Source of the DNA: Felis catus
Taxonomy: Eukaryota
Reading direction: 5' to 3'
Length of the DNA stretch: 64,000 nucleotides
Assembly: GCF_018350175.1 (NCBI RefSeq)
Contig: NC_058379.1
Location: 13,330,001 to 13,394,000 of the forward strand
Shown: positions 59,291 through 64,000 of the stretch, in pieces
Layout: each line of letters begins with the position of its first letter
Position numbering within the stretch: position 1 is the stretch's first letter
The notes under the pieces: generated by a model
Databases searched by the model: none
What the model saw: only the letters and a program-made list of their open reading frames with translations
What the model was told of the DNA's origin: nothing
Position numbers and translations under genes: made by a program

Positions 59291-59354
59291 TGAAATGGTC
59301 TCAATTTCATTGGACACCGAGGTTCAGAGAAACTAGCTGTTCACAACTTCTTCC

Positions 59355-59473
59355 TTTTACTTTATTTATTGGAGAGAGAGACAGACAGGAGAGAGGGCGT
59401 GAGTGGGGGAGGAGCAGAGAGGGAGGAAGGGACCAAGAGTCTGACACTTAACCGACTGGCCACCCAGGCACCC
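59355..59473 (-). mobile_element. Internally deleted CanSINE
   Basis: Tail and GA linker joined directly to CAAGAGTC..CTTAACCGACTG..CCAGGCACCCC. Confidence 0.8.
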
Positions 59474-60009
59474 CCATTTCTAATTTCCTCTTGATCTGAC
59501 CCTGCTTCCCCTTCCGGGGAGGGGAAGACAGCCGCTCGGCGGGCGTCAGAGAAGACGTTTCAAGGCTCTGCTGCTGTCCCAGAGGCCTGGCTCATCTCAG
59601 CAGTGGGCACTGCCCCCCGGAACTGGAGAGCCGGCCTACGCTCTGCTACGCAGCCCTTACGTCTGCCCCTTAATTTCCAGGCCTTTCCATTTCCTGATCT
59701 AGGAGAATTTTACAGACACGGGGTGTGTGGCTGACTGCAACAACCGTCTGTTGAATAAATGACCCCTCTGTCTCGACTTGCAGGTAGTTAAACTGCATGC
59801 TGAGAGTAAAGGTGAACCGGGGCTGGAGGGGGCGGGGTTTGCTTTCCCAATGACCTGCGGGCTGTCTTCCCTCTTGGGGGCTTCGATTTGTCATCGACAG
59901 AACATGACTAGCAATGTTTATTTAACTCCTTTGGTGTTTGGAACTGCTTACGCAAAAATATTCGCTGTAATATTCGGTGTAAAAAAATATTCTCAAATTT
60001 CTTTGTGGG

Positions 60010-60470
60010 GGCCCCTCGCTTGCACCCCAATTCTCCAGGAAACCACCTCTCCCTGGCACCCCTTGTACCGTCTTTGGGCTTTGGGTGATACTAAATGCAT
60101 CCTCCGGGTCCAGGGGTGCCATGTGACTCGGACTGGCCAACCAGAACACTGCATTCCTCTGATCGCTGGGCATGTGGCCCAGTCAGAACCACTGGAACAC
60201 AGCGATTTTTGGAAAAGGCTACTTAATCTTTTCTGCTGGATGTGAACCCGGGAAAATGTGACAGGAGCTGCTGGCAGCCATTTCATGGAAATTGAGAATG
60301 GAAGCAATATGGAGTTCTCATGATACTTGCACACCTAGATCCAACAGTGCCTGAAGCCCACATATCCTCTAGACTTTTCAGTTCTGTGCATCAACAGATT
60401 CCTCATTTTGCCTAAACCAGCCTGAGTTGGGTTATTGCCTACTTGGGATCTAAACAGTCCTGATTTGATC
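60010..60470 (+). mobile_element. MLT1K-like LTR
   Basis: CATGTGAC..TGGCCAA, GGAGCTGCTGGCAGCCAT, CCTAGATCCAACAGTGCCTGAAGCC. Confidence 0.75.
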
Positions 60471-60539
60471 ACCATTAGACAAGCAGTCAGCAAATTGTGG
60501 CTTGTGGGCCAAATCCAATCCCCTGCCCGTATTTTTCCC

Positions 60540-61720
60540 TTCTTCTTTAAGAACTTTATTGAGATAGAAGTTAGGTAAATTTGTTCACCCATTTTAAGTG
60601 TAAAATATGATATGCTTTTGTGAATATAGGTAGTCACATAACTGGCACTGAAAACCAATTATTGGAACACTTCTATTCACCCCTGAAATTTCCCTCAAGG
60701 CTTTTTTTTTTTTTTTTTTTTTTTTTGCTTTCTTAGTAAACAAATGTTTAAAATAAGCCTTATCGACTTATGATTCATATGCCCTGGGATTCATGCATTT
60801 AAAGTGTACATTTCAATGGCTTTTAGTATAGTCACAGATCTGTGCAACCATCACCACGATCAATTTTAGAACATTTTCATCATTTCAAAAAGAAACCCCA
60901 TATCCTTCAGTTATCAACACCCCCTTCCCCCAACCCTTGAATCTTCCCACTTTAGCCCTAATTAACCACCCATCCACTTCCTGTCTCTACGGATTTGCTT
61001 ATTCTGGACGCATCCAACAAAGGGAGCCGCACAACCTATGGTTTTTTTGTGTCTGGCTTCTTTCACTTAGCCTGATGTCTTCAAGGTTCGTCCACATTTT
61101 AGCAGGTGTCAGTACCGCATTCCTTCCCGCGTCTGGATAACACCCCATGGTGTGGACAGACCACGTTTTGTTTATCCACTTATGGCTGGATGGACGTGTG
61201 GGTGGTTTCCACTTTTTTGCCTATTGTGAATAATGCCGCTATGACCATTCGTGTACAAGCTTTGGTGTGGGCATGTGCTTTCAATTCTCCTGGGCAGATA
61301 CATACGACTGGGATTGCTGGGTCACATGGCAACTCCACGTTCAACCCTGTGAGGACCTACTAGTCTGTTTTCCAAAGAGCTATTCGGTTTGGCGTTCCCG
61401 TTAGCATATGGAAATTCCGGTTTCTCCATATCTTCACCAACACTTGTTACTATTTGACTTTCCAGCTGTTGTTTTTTTAAAAGTTTATTTATTTTTGAGA
61501 GACAGAGAGAGGCAGAGCATGAGTGGGGGAGGGGCGAAGAGAGAGGGAGACACAGAATCTGAAGCAGGCTCCCAGCTGTCAGCACAGAGCCTGATGTGGG
61601 GCTCGAACCCACGAACCCAGAGAGCATGACCTGAGCCAACGCTGGATGCTTAACCCGCCGAGCCACTCAGGCGCCCCAATCTGACTTTTCGATTGGAGTC
61701 ATCCTAGTGGATGTGAAGTG
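60540..61720 (-). mobile_element. L1MA/MB 3' fragment(s)
   Basis: CTTTATTGAGATA; TTAAAGTGTACA.TTCAATGG..GTGCAACCATCACCAC..TTTTAGAACATTTTCATCA. Confidence 0.85.
61470..61677 (-). mobile_element. CanSINE
   Basis: Full length. Confidence 0.93.
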
Positions 61721-63509
61721 CCACCACCTGTTTTTGTAAATAAAGTTTTGTTGGAACAGTCATGCTCGTTTGTCATTTACGTGTTGTCTATGGCTGTTTT
61801 TATGCTACTGTGGCCGAGTCGAGCAGTTGCGATAAAGATGATGTGACCCACAAAGCCTAAAATATTTCCTGTCTCACCCTTTACGGAAAAAAGTTTACCA
61901 ACCCCTGATTAAGATCGATCGTCTCGTTTCTTCTAAAAGGAAAATAAGGCCCAGAGACATTCTACTTCTATGTAGGGGCACACACAGCCGGGACAAGATG
62001 GGTGAATTGAATAAAGGCAGGACAGTCAAGTGCTTAGCCCAGGGCCAGGCATCCATTAAATGTGACATTTCTCTAAAGTCCGGATGCACGGTCTAATGGT
62101 CCACCCCCTGTCCCCTGATGTCCCACACAGATGCCCTTCCTATTAACAGCTGGACCCAGCTGAGTTCGTAGGGAACTGAGCCTTGTTTACCCTGCTCTGC
62201 AGAAGCCTAAAGTGCGTGTCCCACATAAAAATCAGATTCCGGCGTCTGGAAGCATCGCTCAGCATATAGAGAAGGTTCTCTCTTGTCTGCCATGGCCTCC
62301 CCTCCCTGCCGTCCTGGGGGTCTCTGGTATGCCGTCACTCCAGCTGGCCGGCTCTCACAGCTCTGCAGAGTTCTCACCTTCCTGGCTCCGTGTCAGAGGG
62401 TCACCACCATTTGGGCAGCCACGGCGTCAGCCCTCCCCTCTGCCACATCCCACCCCGACCCCCCCCCCCCCCCCGCACTGTAGCTGTGCCTCCTGGCAGG
62501 GCAAGCTTCAGCGGTCGAGAACATGGGCTTTGTTTGAAAAAGTCAGGCAGGGTTGGGATCTGACCCTGGGACCTTGGGCATGTCATTCGACCCCTCTTGG
62601 CCCCGGTTTGCTTCTCTGCACAATGGGGACAGGTACACCTACCATTTAGGACTTCCCGGAGTGTTAAATGAGCTAAACGTATGAGAAGCTGGAAGCGTGG
62701 CGCCTGGAAGGGTTTCAGAAACGCGTCCTTCGGAAAGCGGGGGTAGGCAAGAGCGACTGTCTTGCAGCCACACTAAGTGCTTATGTGCATTCTTCTCTTT
62801 ACATTTATGGGCTCAGAGACGGGAAGTGAGATCCCCCAGGGCACTCAGTAACGTGGGGGCCGAACTCTGTACCTAGCTTCCTGTGCCACCTCTGGGCCTC
62901 TGCGTCCCCATCAGAATCCACGGCCGGGCTGACGATCTAGTGGCTCGCGTTCTGTTGTATGTCGAGTCCCAGCTCCCTCAAGGTCCACCTCCTGGGAGGC
63001 GGGTGGGGAGGATGGCCTCCTTGCCTGCCCATCTGGCCTCCTGACCAGCCGGCAGTGCCCACATCTGTCCCACAGGCTCCCCTCCCTCCTCCCTGCCTCT
63101 GCCCTTCCCGCTCTCCTCCCTGTGGCTGAAGAGTATCATCTGCTCCCTGCACAACTGACTCAGGGAGAGCGGGCTCGGGTCCCACAGGTGTTTCTGCTCC
63201 TGGCTAATTTGTGTGCACCAAGCTCCGGGCTGAGACCCCTGTCCCTGCCATCTGGAAATGGCAGCTGGCGGGCGCTTTTGTGGCCAGGGTTCAGAAGGCT
63301 CACTCGGACTCAGCAAAAGTGACTCCTCTTTACAAGCCCCCCCCCCCCCCCCCCACGAAGTCAGTTGGCCAGAAAGAAATACTACAAAATGTGTGGGAAG
63401 ACACCCCTGGTGGGAACCTGAATGTTGACAGTCACAGCCTGGAGCGGCTGTCCTCGCTTAGGGCCCTGTCACCTGCTCCCACTCTTCACCGTCGACCCCT
63501 TCTCTTCCT

Positions 63510-63768
63510 GCAGGTCTTGTCTAAAACATCACCTCCTCAGAGAGGCCCTCCTGGATTGCTCATCCAAGTAGCTTCCTCCCCCATTCTTCTCATCCTCATT
63601 TCCTTCTCATCCTCACCCAGATTACAACTCTACACATTCCTGGTGACTTCTCTGCCGGGTTTTTGCAAGCGGCAGGGCCTGGGCCTGCGTCTCACCCATC
63701 TAGAAACCAGAATCTGCCAGCGCCTAGCACGTAGTAGGCGCTCAATGCATTTGTGGCGAATGAATGAA
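63510..63768 (+). mobile_element. L2 3' end
   Basis: CATCACCTCCTCAGAGAGGCC..GCCTAGCACGTAGTAGGCGCTCAAT..GAATGAATGAA. Confidence 0.8.
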
Positions 63769-64000
63769 AACCTTTATCTGAGCGGTGAGGGAAACCCAGG
63801 AAGCCGCTCTTTGGCGGTGAGAACACACAGAGCCCGAGGGTCCTCCAGCGGAGAGCTGACTTCATTCCTCTGTCCCCGTCCTAACCTTGTCCAGAGGCTA
63901 CACGCAGAGAACTGTGTACAACTATTTTCGCAGCTTTTCAGACTTCCGAACAAGCTGCCTTCCCAAGAAAACACATTACACAGAGCCTTCTTTCTCCCCC

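Larger units (their letters stand above)
60480..61907 (+). mobile_element. MER58A split by an L1 insertion (halves ~60480-60536 and ~61721-61907)
   Basis: GTCAGCAAA..GGGCCAAATCC 5' half; CCTGTTTTTGTAAATAAAGTTTT..CAAAGCCTAAAATATTT..ACCCCTG 3' half. Confidence 0.85.

Noticed and set aside
62459-63354. C16 (62459-62474) and C18 (63337-63354) homopolymers
   Set aside because: Common slippage products with assembly-sensitive length; no supporting context

Overview
Mammalian genomic DNA, almost certainly a felid (cat family). About 36 tRNA-derived CanSINEs are present, six of them near-identical young SINEC_Fc-type copies with perfect 14-17 bp target-site duplications (TSDs). The draft assembly has two N gaps. 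I find no recognisable protein-coding gene, rRNA, tRNA or CRISPR array. The supplied ORFs are explained by SINE/L1/LTR sequence, simple repeats, N runs or GC-rich chance. The window looks like an intron or gene desert packed with nested transposons: MIR, L2, a ~7.6 kb ancient L1M inside an older L1ME, MaLR/ERVL LTRs, and hAT and Tigger DNA elements. These are interspersed with short repeat-free islands rich in developmental transcription-factor motifs (candidate enhancers). I did not find a convincing new biological system. The best leads are a MER53 hairpin carrying a miR-1302-like sequence with a compensatory base change, a PBX/MEIS/HOX/FOX motif cluster at 31.1 kb, a possible 150-nt cassette exon with a hairpin over its acceptor, inverted SINE pairs, and two SINE source lineages. 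Repeat subfamily names come from my recollection of consensus sequences and boundaries are approximate; RepeatMasker/Dfam should confirm them.
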